From Myxococcota bacterium (GTDB lineage Bacteria; Myxococcota_A; UBA796; UBA2385): 64,000 nucleotides of DNA. The notes under the pieces were generated by a model that saw only the letters and a list, made by a program, of their open reading frames with translations, did not search any database and was not told the DNA's origin. The DNA lies in contig JAKLKF010000012.1 of NCBI GenBank assembly GCA_023150805.1, positions 17,564 to 81,563 of the forward strand, written 5' to 3'. This document shows positions 19,608 through 29,421 of the stretch, piece by piece (positions within the stretch are counted from its first letter, which is position 1; each line of letters opens with the position of its first letter). The position numbers and the translations under genes were made by a program.

Positions 19608-21077
19608 TTGTCAGTCTACCTTGTGGGCGTGATCCCGACGCTCGCCATCCTGGCCGCCGCCGCCCTGACGGGCTGCCAGCCGGCCTGCCCCCCCTTCGAC
19701 CAGGTGGAGGTCGAGGATCCCCAGGGCCTGCTGGTCCCGACCGCGCGCCAGGGCATCCAGCAGGCGATCGACGACTTCGCCGCCTGGACCGCCCGCGACG
19801 GCGTGTGCGTGCCCGCCGTGCAGGTCGTGGACGACCGCGGCCACTGGTGGGCCGGCTACTACCTGCGGCCGGGCGCGCCGATCCGCGTCGGGCCCTACCC
19901 CACGCGCAGCTACGACCTGACCCTGCACGAGCTCTGCCACGCCATCGACGAGGTCGAGGGCATCGTGGACCTGCACCCCCGCCACTTCCACGAGGGCCTG
20001 GTCGACGACGGCCGCTACTGGACGCCGGCGCTGCGACGGGCCGAGGGCTTCGCCCGGCTCTGCGACGACGGCCCCGTCGACGCCGCGATGCGCCGTCGCC
20101 TGGTGGAGGAGTGCGGGATCGAGATGGCGCTCCTGCCCCAGCGCGAGCTGCTCCAGGACCAGGTCTTCGCGGGCGTCGCGGCCCTGCCCTGGGACGCGCC
20201 CGCCTGGGATGCCGCCGCGCAGCCGGCCCGCGCCCTGGTCGCGCTGGACGCGGAGTGGACGGCGCTGAGCGGGCGCCTGGCCCTGCCCGGGCAGGAGCTG
20301 GTCCTGGCCCGCCCCGCGGCGCCCGGCCGGGAGCGCCCGGACGGGATCCTGCTGCTCGCCCTGGACGCGGCGACCGGCGCGGGTGTCCCCGTGGCGCGGC
20401 TGGACCCGGGGGACCTTGCCCTCGACCCGCTGGCGCTCGCGGGCTTCACCTTGCTGCCCGGGGACGCCGGGCCGCTGGCCCTCTCCCTGGCGCCCGGGCG
20501 GCCCGGTTGGCGGCTGGACCCCGAGACGGGCGCCTCGGCGCGCCTGCCCTGGTCCTCCCCCGCGCCCACGACGCGCTGGCCGCTGGCCGAGCTGGGGGGG
20601 CGGCTGCTGGTGCAGGAGGCGGACGATCGCTGGGCCCTGGCCCTGCTCGACCCGGAGAGCGGCGAGGCGCAGGCCGTCGGCTGGGCGCGGGACCTGCTGG
20701 TGGAGCGGGTCGCGGTGGACGAGGAGGGTGCCTGGCTGTGGGCCTGGGAGGAGGGGCTGCTGCGGCTGTCGGCCGAGGGGACCCTGTCCGTCGCGGCCGC
20801 GCTGCCCGCCGGGGTGGACGCGCGAGACGCGCTGCCGCTGGCCGACGGGCGGTGGGCGGTCCAGGTCGCGGCGCTCGACGCCGCCGACCAGGCCCGGGCC
20901 GCCGTCGTGCTGGCCGACCCGCTCGCCGCGGACCCCGTCGACCGCTGGGCCACGCCCGCCGACCTGTGCACGCAGGTGCACGACCCGGGCGCCTGGTCGC
21001 TCGCCCCCACGCCCGAGGGCGTCGGCCTGCGCGACGGCCAGCGGCAGGTCGCCCTGGGGGCTCCCCGCGGCCGCTGA
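19608..21077 (+). CDS. Putative lipoprotein with HExxH zincin-like domain
   Basis: Lipobox LTGC, LHELCHAIDE, RRAEGFARLC; start may be GTG 19629. Confidence 0.65.
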   Translation: MSVYLVGVIPTLAILAAAALTGCQPACPPFDQVEVEDPQGLLVPTARQGIQQAIDDFAAWTARDGVCVPAVQVVDDRGHWWAGYYLRPGAPIRVGPYPTRSYDLTLHELCHAIDEVEGIVDLHPRHFHEGLVDDGRYWTPALRRAEGFARLCDDGPVDAAMRRRLVEECGIEMALLPQRELLQDQVFAGVAALPWDAPAWDAAAQPARALVALDAEWTALSGRLALPGQELVLARPAAPGRERPDGILLLALDAATGAGVPVARLDPGDLALDPLALAGFTLLPGDAGPLALSLAPGRPGWRLDPETGASARLPWSSPAPTTRWPLAELGGRLLVQEADDRWALALLDPESGEAQAVGWARDLLVERVAVDEEGAWLWAWEEGLLRLSAEGTLSVAAALPAGVDARDALPLADGRWAVQVAALDAADQARAAVVLADPLAADPVDRWATPADLCTQVHDPGAWSLAPTPEGVGLRDGQRQVALGAPRGR

Positions 21078-21095
21078 GGGCGCTACTCTCCAGGC

Positions 21096-22568
21096 ATGCT
21101 CCTGGTCCTGGCCATGCTCGGCTGTCGCCGAGACTGCGCCACCTTCGACGACATGACGGTCGCCGACCCGGAGGGGCTGTTGGTCCCCTCCTCCCGCTGG
21201 GGCATCGAGCAGGCCCTGGTCGACTTCGCGACCTGGACCGGGCGCGACGGGGTCTGCGTGCCCGGGATCGAGGTGGTCGACGACCGGGAGGAGTGGTGGG
21301 GCGGGCTGTACCGCGGGCCCGGCCGGCCGATCCTGGTCGGCCCCGACCCGGACGGCACCCACCAGCTCACCGTGCACGAGCTGTGTCACGCGCTGGACGA
21401 GGACGAGGGCATCGTCGAGGCCCACGGCCGCCTCTTCCACGAGGACCTGCTCGACAGCGACAACTACAAGCGCACGGACACCCGCCGGGCCGAGGTCTTC
21501 GCCCGCCTGTGCGACGACGGCCCCCAGCCGGTCGCCCTGCTGCAGCGGCTGCACGACGAGTGTGGGATCGAGGTGGAGGACCTGCTCCAGCGGCAGTTCC
21601 TGGCCGAGCACGTCTGGCTGGGCGTGACGCCGACGGACTGGGCCACCCCGGGCTACGACGGCGCCCCGGGGCTGGCGCGGCCCCTGTCGGACGACGGCGC
21701 CGCGTGGAACCCGGTGTCCGCCACGACCGAACACCAGGGGTCTCGCTGGACCCTGGCCCGGTATGACACAACGCCCGAGTGGCTGGGAGGGGGACGTCCC
21801 GGCGGGCCCGAGGGGCTGTGGCTGGTCGAGCAGGAGCTCGATCAATGGCGGGTCCGCACGCGGGTGCCTGTCGATCTCGCGCCCTTCTCCATCGACGTGC
21901 TCGACACCCAGGGGCTGTACCTGGTCCCGGGCGACGATGGTCTGTACGTGATGGCGCGCGCTGGCGACCGTCCATCCTGGCACCTGGATCCGGCCACTGG
22001 CCAGCTCACGCGCGTGCCGGCGTTGGCGCCGCTTGCGTGGGAACAACCCGTCGCCGTCGCTGCCGGCCGGGTACTCCGACGAAGCTGGGTGGATCCGGAG
22101 CTGCCCACCGTGACGCTGCACGAGCTGGCCGATGGCAGCCCCGTGCCGCTCGACCTGCCCCTCGATCCCTGGGGGCAGGCCTACCACGCCTTCACCCCGG
22201 TCCTGGACGGTTCGTCGGTCTGGACCTGGGAGCTGGAAGGGCTGGCCGAGCTGGATCTCGCCTCGGCCACAGTCCGGCTTCGCTACCCCCTCCCCCCCGA
22301 CCAGTCCATCGGCAGCGCGGTTCGCTCCGCGGACGGCCGCTGGGGGCTGGAGCACTGGATCTACCCGACGGCCCGCGGGCCGGTCGGAACCGTGCTCCTG
22401 CTCGACCCCCTCACCGGGCAGACCCAGGCCCCCGAGCACCTGTGTGAGCAGGTCTTCGACCCCTACACCGAGAGCCTGGTCGCCACCAGCGATGGCCTGG
22501 GGATCCTGTCGTACGACACCGACGGGCTGGGACCGGACCGCGACACGATCCGGGTCCTCGTCGAGTAG
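21096..22568 (+). CDS. Putative lipoprotein with HExxH zincin-like domain, tandem paralog
   Basis: Lipobox MLGC, VHELCHALDE, RRAEVFARLC; N-terminal half clearly similar to upstream gene. Confidence 0.65.
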   Translation: MLLVLAMLGCRRDCATFDDMTVADPEGLLVPSSRWGIEQALVDFATWTGRDGVCVPGIEVVDDREEWWGGLYRGPGRPILVGPDPDGTHQLTVHELCHALDEDEGIVEAHGRLFHEDLLDSDNYKRTDTRRAEVFARLCDDGPQPVALLQRLHDECGIEVEDLLQRQFLAEHVWLGVTPTDWATPGYDGAPGLARPLSDDGAAWNPVSATTEHQGSRWTLARYDTTPEWLGGGRPGGPEGLWLVEQELDQWRVRTRVPVDLAPFSIDVLDTQGLYLVPGDDGLYVMARAGDRPSWHLDPATGQLTRVPALAPLAWEQPVAVAAGRVLRRSWVDPELPTVTLHELADGSPVPLDLPLDPWGQAYHAFTPVLDGSSVWTWELEGLAELDLASATVRLRYPLPPDQSIGSAVRSADGRWGLEHWIYPTARGPVGTVLLLDPLTGQTQAPEHLCEQVFDPYTESLVATSDGLGILSYDTDGLGPDRDTIRVLVE

Positions 22569-22571
22569 GCG

Positions 22572-24293
22572 CTACTCCTCCGCGAACAGGTTCAGGCTCA
22601 GCACGTACAGGCCCTCGGTCCAGGTCCCGTCGTCGTTGTAGAGCTTGCGACTGTCCGTGATCTCCACGTCGAGGTTCGCGAAGACGGCCGAGAGGGGGTC
22701 GCCTTCCGCGCCCGAGCCGGCCAGGTCGCCCAGCAGGCTGTCGAGGTCGAAGTCCAGGAAGCCGCCGGCCAGGCCGATCATCGTGCCCATGTACTCGCCC
22801 AGGCCGGCCACCACCTCGTCCTCGGTGTAGCTCTCCGGATCGGCGCCGTAGTACAGCAGGGCGCCGCCGGGCACCTCGACACCGAGATCCAGCGCGGTGC
22901 CCCCCTCCAGGCCCAGGTTGATCGTGACCTCCAGGCTGGCCTCCAGCCAGTCCTCGCAGTCGCCGCCCTGCTCGACACCCGCCTCGAAGCGGAAGTCGGG
23001 CATGTGGAGCTGGGCGACGGGCAGGATGCTCTCCTTCATGCGCACGACGTAGGCGTCGCCCGGGTCCAGGGCCACGCACCAGCCGTCGCCGCTGGGGGCG
23101 TCGTCGCCGCCAGGCAGGCCCTCGATGCCCGCGCCGATGATGTCGCCGAACATGCCGCCCAGGTCGAGATCGGCCAGCAGCGAGATCAGCGCGTCCTCCA
23201 GCAGCAGCTGGAAGGCGCCCTCGTGCAGGGCCAGGCTGGCGTGGGCGCCGTCCAGGCCGTCGGTCTCGCCCGGGGTGGGGATCGAGGGCGCGCCCTCGTG
23301 GGCGGACTCGTTGATGCCGATGCCCAGACCGGCGCCCAGGCCCTGGTCGTCGGTCCACAGGCTGGAGAGCTGCGCCGCGAGCGTGGTGCCCAGCAGGTCG
23401 GTCTCGAAGGCCAGCGGCCCGCCCAGCTCGATGACGCCGTACTCCTCGATCAGCCAGTCCAGCAGCAGGGTGGACAGGGGCTCGATGAAGGAGCTGATCG
23501 CGTCGACGATCAGCTCCAGCAGCCAGCCGTCCAGGCTGCCCAGCTCGAAGGCGGCCTTGCCGATGTCGATGGCCGCCTCGGAGATGACCAGGGACAACAG
23601 CCCCTCGTCGTCCAGCTCGGGGGTCAGCATCACGTCGGCCAGGATCTGCTCGAAGCCGATCTCGATGGGGATGACGATCCAGCCGTCGAGCGCGTTGATC
23701 TCGACGCCGAGCGAGACGTTGCCCATCACGACCTGGGCGGCGATGCCGTCCTCGGAGGGCTCCAGGTAGGCCACGGTGGGATCGTGGGTGACGCCCGTCG
23801 CGTAGATGTCGACGTAGTCGGTGTCCAGCGAGGGGATGGCGTCGCTGATCATGGTGTCCCAGCCGGTGGCGTCCACGATGCCGCCCACCGCCTCGCCCAG
23901 CTTGTCCAGGCCCGCGCCGGTCAGCCGCGCGGTCGCCTCGCCGGGCCAGGACTCCGACGGGTTCGTGCCGCTGAAGACGGGGATGCGCTCGCGGGCGTAC
24001 TGGCTGGCCAGGGTCGCCTCGACCTCGATCATCCGGTAGTCCAGGCCGTCCATCGGCAGGGTGGTCGTGAAGCTGCCGTCCTCGGCGAGCTGCACGGCGA
24101 CGCCGTCGACGAGCACGCTGGCCGACAGGGGCGCCACCTTGCCCGTCACCACCGCCGACTCCTCGCCCAGGAAGAGGCCGTAGGAAGGCGAGGTCACCTC
24201 CAGCGACAGCACGTGCGGCGAGGCCGTGAGCGCGTAGTCCGAGCTGCGGCAGCCGAGCAGGCCGAGGGCGACGGGGAGCAGGGTCACGACCAT
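22572..24293 (-). CDS. Acidic lipoprotein with N-terminal Ig-like domain, unknown function
   Basis: MVVTLLPVALGLLGC lipobox; VTGKV..VLVDG..DGSFTT Ig-like strand pattern. Confidence 0.65.
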   Translation of the reverse strand: MVVTLLPVALGLLGCRSSDYALTASPHVLSLEVTSPSYGLFLGEESAVVTGKVAPLSASVLVDGVAVQLAEDGSFTTTLPMDGLDYRMIEVEATLASQYARERIPVFSGTNPSESWPGEATARLTGAGLDKLGEAVGGIVDATGWDTMISDAIPSLDTDYVDIYATGVTHDPTVAYLEPSEDGIAAQVVMGNVSLGVEINALDGWIVIPIEIGFEQILADVMLTPELDDEGLLSLVISEAAIDIGKAAFELGSLDGWLLELIVDAISSFIEPLSTLLLDWLIEEYGVIELGGPLAFETDLLGTTLAAQLSSLWTDDQGLGAGLGIGINESAHEGAPSIPTPGETDGLDGAHASLALHEGAFQLLLEDALISLLADLDLGGMFGDIIGAGIEGLPGGDDAPSGDGWCVALDPGDAYVVRMKESILPVAQLHMPDFRFEAGVEQGGDCEDWLEASLEVTINLGLEGGTALDLGVEVPGGALLYYGADPESYTEDEVVAGLGEYMGTMIGLAGGFLDFDLDSLLGDLAGSGAEGDPLSAVFANLDVEITDSRKLYNDDGTWTEGLYVLSLNLFAEE

Positions 24294-24399
24294 GATGTCT
24301 CCGGATGTCTGGGCCGCAGCACTATAGCCGACCAGGTGACGGACGGGTGAAGCGCGGGGCGGCGTGCGTGCCTGCAGATCCGGGGCTACCCTGCCGGCG

Positions 24400-25923
24400 A
24401 TGCCCACCATGCTCCTGCCCCTGCTGGCCCTGCTCTCCTGCGGCGAAGACGGCGGCGACGCCCCCGGCCCGGTCCGCCTGGACCGCCCGATCGAGGCCCG
24501 CGACGACCAGCCCGACACCGTCGTCGTCATCGTCGTCGACACCCTGGCCCGCCGCTACGTGCAGCCCTGGGAGCAGGACTGGCAGACCACGCCCGAGCTG
24601 GCGGCCTTCTTCCAGGACGCCACCGTGCTGGCCGACACCCAGGTCACGCGCGGCCTGACGGGCGTGTCGGTCAGCTCGATCAGCAGCGGCACCTACCCGC
24701 GGGTGCACGGCGTGCGGGACAACCGGGACTGGGAGAGCCCGTGGAACCCGATCCTGACCGAGATGTTCCAGGACGCCGGCTACACCACGCTCGGCTACGC
24801 GGCCAACACCTGCCAGTTCATCGACCGCGGCGTCGACGAGCGGATGTGCACCTGGAACTGGGAGGTGCCCGACGGCTACGAGACCCAGGCCGCCCGCGAC
24901 CAGGCGCTGGTGAGCGGCCTCAGCGACAGCCTGCGGGCGCGCGATCCCGACGAGAAGCTGTTCGTCTGGCTGCACCTCATCAACCCGCACGACCCCTTCA
25001 ACCCCGAGGAGGAGTGGTACGACGAGTTCCACCCCGAGGAGTACACGGGGGAGTTGGACCCCGAGGACGAGGCCCAGCTCGACGCCTGGATCCTGGAGGG
25101 GCAGGAGCTGACGGCCGAGGACCAGGCCCACCTGGACGCCGTCTACGCCAGCCAGGTCCGCGACATGGACCGGCAGCTCGGCGACCTGTTCGACGTGCTG
25201 GCCGAGACCGGGCGGTGGGACGACAGCGTCGTCCTGTTCACCGCCGACCACGGCGAGGAGCTGGGCGCCCACCACAGCTACTTCTACCACGGCTGCTCGG
25301 CCTACCAGCAGACCATGCAGGTCGCGACGGCCATCCGGGCGCCCGGGCGCCTGCCGGCCGGGCTGTGGATCGACACCCCCGTGAGCAGCGTCGACCTGGC
25401 CCCCACGCTGGCCGACCTGGCTGGCATCGGCTGGGAGGGCTACCGCGACGGCGAGACCCTGCTCTCCGAGCTGCAGACCGGCGTGGTCGAGGAGCGGCCC
25501 GTCTTCTTCGAGCGCTCGCTGTCCACCGCCGGCGTCGTGTACCAGGGGCACCGCTACATCCTCGACGTGAACGAGGGCTTCGACGAGTGCAAGCCCTTCG
25601 ACCTGTCCGACGCCGTCTTCCCCGGCGAGTACGAGGAGCTGTACGACCACGCGCTGGACCCCGACGAGCAGCTCAACATCGCCGCCGACGACGAGCAGAC
25701 CCTGGCGGAGCTGCGCGAGCTGACCTGCGAGTGGATCACAAGCGACGTCTGGGTGAGCCTGCGCTCGGACGAGACCCACCCGCTGGCCACCGCCTGCCGC
25801 GACGTGCTGGGCATCGAGTGGACGACCGAGGACGAGGACGGCGGCGGGTGCAGCGCCCTGGGCGGCGGAGGCGGCCTGCTGCTGGCGCTGGCCGGGCTGC
25901 TGGGCACCCGTCGGCGCCGCTGA
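24400..25923 (+). CDS. Sulfatase-like (alkaline phosphatase superfamily) protein with MYXO-CTERM-like tail
   Basis: VIVVDTL, WLHLINPHDP, FTADHGEEL, ELYD..DPDE; C-terminal GGGCSALGGGGGLLLALAGLLGTRRRR. Confidence 0.82.
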   Translation: MPTMLLPLLALLSCGEDGGDAPGPVRLDRPIEARDDQPDTVVVIVVDTLARRYVQPWEQDWQTTPELAAFFQDATVLADTQVTRGLTGVSVSSISSGTYPRVHGVRDNRDWESPWNPILTEMFQDAGYTTLGYAANTCQFIDRGVDERMCTWNWEVPDGYETQAARDQALVSGLSDSLRARDPDEKLFVWLHLINPHDPFNPEEEWYDEFHPEEYTGELDPEDEAQLDAWILEGQELTAEDQAHLDAVYASQVRDMDRQLGDLFDVLAETGRWDDSVVLFTADHGEELGAHHSYFYHGCSAYQQTMQVATAIRAPGRLPAGLWIDTPVSSVDLAPTLADLAGIGWEGYRDGETLLSELQTGVVEERPVFFERSLSTAGVVYQGHRYILDVNEGFDECKPFDLSDAVFPGEYEELYDHALDPDEQLNIAADDEQTLAELRELTCEWITSDVWVSLRSDETHPLATACRDVLGIEWTTEDEDGGGCSALGGGGGLLLALAGLLGTRRRR

Positions 25924-26427
25924 TCAGCTCCCGGTGAGCTCGCGCTGGCGGGCCTCGCGCGCCCGCAGGCGCATGGCGCGGCGCTCCTCGGCCTGGCGCG
26001 CCCGGCGCCGGGCCTCGGGGTCCGCACCCGGATCGAAGGGCGGCAGGCTGCGCGTCCTGCCCTCGGCGTCCAGCGCGACGAAGGTCAGGTAGGCGCTGCA
26101 GCAGTGCTGCCGGGACCCCGTGCGCGGGTCCTCGGCCTCGATGCGCACCCCCACCTCCATGCTGCTCCGCCAGGCCATGTTCACCTGGCTCTGCAGCACG
26201 ACCACCATGCCCTGCTTGACCGCCGCCAGGAAGTGGAGCTGGTCGATGCTGGCGGTGACCACCGCCCCCCGGCTGTAGCGCTGGGCGCTCACCGCCGCGC
26301 AGACGTCGATCCAGGCGGCGATCTGCCCGCCGAAGACGGTGCCGTGGGCGTTGGTGAACTGGGGGAGGACGATCTGGGTCATCACGGTCTGGTGGACCGC
26401 GGGGGCGATGCCGGCGGGGGTGGTCAT
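25924..26427 (-). CDS. Acyl-CoA thioesterase (hotdog fold, YciA-like)
   Basis: NAHGTVFGGQIAAWID, VVTASID, SSMEVGV, AYLTFVALD. Confidence 0.9.
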   Translation of the reverse strand: MTTPAGIAPAVHQTVMTQIVLPQFTNAHGTVFGGQIAAWIDVCAAVSAQRYSRGAVVTASIDQLHFLAAVKQGMVVVLQSQVNMAWRSSMEVGVRIEAEDPRTGSRQHCCSAYLTFVALDAEGRTRSLPPFDPGADPEARRRARQAEERRAMRLRAREARQRELTGS

Positions 26428-26550
26428 GCCGGCTCCCTATCGAAGCGCGACATGCGGTGACACAGGTCACGACGTGCAACGCCTGCCCCCCGCGTCGCGT
26501 GTCGAGACACTGGCCGATGTAACGCTTCGATGCAGAGCTCCGAGGGTCCC

Positions 26551-27806
26551 ATGCAGCACAGCGCCTTGGCTTGTCCGGCTCGCCGCCGGCGTGGCAACTA
26601 CAGCCTGATGGTGGCGGTGGCCACGGTCGCGATCCTGGCCATGGGGGCGCTGACGATCGACGTGGCCTACATGCGCCTGGCCCAGGCCCAGGCCCAGGAC
26701 GTCGCGGACGCGGCCAGCAACGCGGCGCTGATCGTGCTCCGCCAGACGGGCAGCCAGTCGCTGGCGCAGCAGGCCGCCGAGAAGGTGATCGCGTCCAACG
26801 AGGTGGCGGGGCACCGCCCGGAGCTGGCCGGGATCACCTTCGGGCACTGGGACGCCGAGGATCCGGCGCCGGAGCTGGTCGAGAGCGGCGCCAACCCGAA
26901 CGCAGTGCGGGTGGTGGTCGCACGGGAGGGGGACCAGGCGGTGCCCCTGTCCCTGTCTCGGCTGTTCGGCAAGGAGGAGTTCGAGGTCCGCGCCTCGTCG
27001 ACCTCGGCGACGCGCAGCTTCCAGATCGTGTTCGTGATGGACATCACGAACTCCTGGAACGAGCGGGACTTCCTGCACGCCAGGGAGGGCGCGCTCGTGT
27101 CGCTGGGCATGCTGGCCAACACGGCGACCGGGGTCGACGAGGTGGGCATGACGAGTTCACCAACCGCTTCGCCTAGGAGTACACGCCCTTCACCCAGCTT
27201 GCCGTCGCGTCCCAAGCCAACGCCGTCGAGGACGCGTGGGCCGAGCTGAGCACGGCCAGCAAGGCCGGCGTGGACAGCAACCACGGCGACGGCAAGAACT
27301 GCACCCTGCACACCGGATCGCGCGAGAACGACTTCAGCTACAAGTCCAAGGGCGGCTGCTACCCGAAGATGCCGCGCGAGTACCGCGACGAGCCGGGCAC
27401 CGACCACAGCACCGGCATGCTGCTGGCCAAGCAGATGTTCGAGGAGTCGCTGTCGGTGGCCGACTACCGCGCGATGATCGTGCTGACCGACGGCCAGCCC
27501 AACGGCCTGGGCGCCGCCGGGGTCAAGCGCGGGCAGGCCGGCTACGTCGAGACCCGCTGGCGCGAGTACCTGGGGCCCGCACCGCGCTCGACGGCGCAGA
27601 TCCGGACCGCCAGCATCGAGGCAGCCGAGCAGATGTGGGACGACCTGCGCGTGCACACCTGGGTGATCTCGTTCGTGGCCGACGACTGGATGATGGACCA
27701 GATGGCCCAGGGGGACGGCTACTACGTCCGCACCAGCAACCCCGCCGACCTGGAGCCGATCATGGCGCAGATCATCAGCGAGCTGCCGCTGGCCATCGTC
27801 GAGTGA
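26551..27806 (+). pseudogene. TadG-like/vWA protein interrupted by a frameshift (~27153) and in-frame TAG (27174-27176)
   Basis: Tad N-terminus (MGALTIDVAYMRLAQAQAQDVADAA), MIDAS-like DITNS; coding continues in another frame FTNRFA*EYTPF...GTDHSTG...IVLTDG. Could be sequencing error. Confidence 0.7.
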
Positions 27807-27833
27807 AGGCGCCGACGACGCCCGCCGCCGCGG

Positions 27834-28103
27834 TCACCGCCGCCGGGGTCCGCGCTCCCGTCCCATGCCGAAGTCGTAGCCCGGGTAGGCCCGCCACATG
27901 CACCGGCCGCGCTCGTCGCGGAAGGTGAAGCCGGCGATGCGCCCGCAGGGGTCGACGATCACCCGCACCTGGCCATCCTGCGTGGTCTGGCGCGCGGCGT
28001 AGGCCGTGGCGTGCGGGGTGGCGGGCACGAACTGCACGGAGGCGACGGTGTCGCTCTGTTCAGCGACCACTTCGCTGGCGACGCTGTCGTGGGGACCGTG
28101 CAT
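27834..28103 (-). CDS. Small hypothetical protein (89 aa)
   Basis: GAGGAG ribosome-binding site before ATG 28103; plausible non-shadow composition. Confidence 0.5.
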   Translation of the reverse strand: MHGPHDSVASEVVAEQSDTVASVQFVPATPHATAYAARQTTQDGQVRVIVDPCGRIAGFTFRDERGRCMWRAYPGYDFGMGRERGPRRR

Positions 28104-28266
28104 CGTCCGCTCCTCGGCCTGCCGGGATGGTACCTCGCGGTGCACCGTGGAACGGTGAAATCGCGTGAAGGGGGCCCAAAGGACTCGCAAGGTCTTGGGA
28201 TCGTTCCCGGTTGCCCGCGGTCGGGCGACGGGCCGCCAGGGCCGGTCGCGGCGCGCCGCCGGGGCC

Positions 28267-29385
28267 TCAGCGCACGGGGCTGAAGCCCCGGTCTCCCCAG
28301 ATGTCCAGGTAGCCCTTCCAGACCCCCTCGCAGCCGTCCCGCAGCCGGCAGTCGGCGCAGGCCGCGGGCTGGCCCTTGAGGTCCCGCTTCTTGCGGTCCT
28401 GCCAGTTGAAGCGCGCGCGCTGCTCGGCCGCGTCGAACTGCACGACGGTGCTGGGGTACTGCTTGCCCCGCCCCTCGCCCGGCGGCACCTTGCCCGGCGG
28501 AATGACGTCCCCTCCGCCGCTGCGGATCGAGCAGGCCGTCGAGAGGTCCCGGTACTCGCCCATGTAGCGGCGCAGCAGGGCCTCGCTGCCGCGGAGCGCG
28601 GGCGGCAGGACGCACATCGGGAAGCCGCCGAAGGTGAAGGTGCGGCGGAAGTGGTGCTCGTTGAGCAGGATGGCCTTCACCAGCAGCGGGACGACCTGCT
28701 CGTAGCGGGGGGTGAGCTCGGCGTCGCCCTCGGCGTAGCCCTCAGCCCGGATGAAGTTCACCCGCAGGTCGGACAGGCCCAGGTCCCGGTAGAAGAACTG
28801 CATCATCTTCGGCAGGGCCGCGGCGTTCCAGCCGTTGAGCACGATGTTGACGGACAGGCCGTCGGGCAGGTGCCCCTGGGCTTGCTGCTTGTGCCGCAGG
28901 TAGCGCAGGGCCTCGACCTTCTTGTCGAAGTTGCCGGGCACCCGGGTCAGGCGGTCCTCGAGCGCGGCCGTGTGCCCGTGCATCGAGACCGTGACGCGCG
29001 TCAGGCCCGCGTCCAGCAGGCGGTCGGTGAAGTGCGGAAGCCGCAGCTTGGTCGCGTTGGTCGCGATGGCGACGCGGGTGAAGCCGAGCTTGCGGGCGTA
29101 GGCGACGCTGTCGACGATCCGCGGGTAGGTGGTGGGCTCGCCGCCGAGGAAGCCCACGCTGCGGTAGCCGTCGGCGTAGAAGCGCTCGAGCTCGGCCTGC
29201 ATCTGCTCGAAGCGCATGTAGCTGCGGTCTTCCTGCTTGGGCAGGCCGTCGATGCAGAAGACGCAGCGGTTGTTGCACGCCTTGCCGATGTTGATCTCGA
29301 CGTTGCGGCGCGCGTCGCGATCCGGGTTCCAGGGCTGGTTGCCCGGGGTCGGCTGCGGCAGGCTGGGGGCGGCGGTGGGCTGCAC
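28267..29385 (-). CDS. Radical SAM protein, HxsC-like
   Basis: CNNRCVFC, FLGGEPT, ATNA, SMHGH, GFPMC, C-terminal CADCRLRDGCEG. Confidence 0.88.
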   Translation of the reverse strand: MQPTAAPSLPQPTPGNQPWNPDRDARRNVEINIGKACNNRCVFCIDGLPKQEDRSYMRFEQMQAELERFYADGYRSVGFLGGEPTTYPRIVDSVAYARKLGFTRVAIATNATKLRLPHFTDRLLDAGLTRVTVSMHGHTAALEDRLTRVPGNFDKKVEALRYLRHKQQAQGHLPDGLSVNIVLNGWNAAALPKMMQFFYRDLGLSDLRVNFIRAEGYAEGDAELTPRYEQVVPLLVKAILLNEHHFRRTFTFGGFPMCVLPPALRGSEALLRRYMGEYRDLSTACSIRSGGGDVIPPGKVPPGEGRGKQYPSTVVQFDAAEQRARFNWQDRKKRDLKGQPAACADCRLRDGCEGVWKGYLDIWGDRGFSPVR

Positions 29386-29421
29386 GGAGGCAGTGTAGCC
29401 CGAGGGGTCGCCCCCGCAGCC

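Noticed and set aside
24400-25923. Sulfatase as substrate of the nearby radical SAMs (anaerobic sulfatase maturation)
   Set aside because: It lacks the (C/S)xPxR motif, and the radical SAMs sit with Hxs-type genes
27174-27176. TAG as pyrrolysine or programmed readthrough
   Set aside because: An adjacent frameshift is also needed and no pyl genes are visible; mutation or sequencing error is simpler
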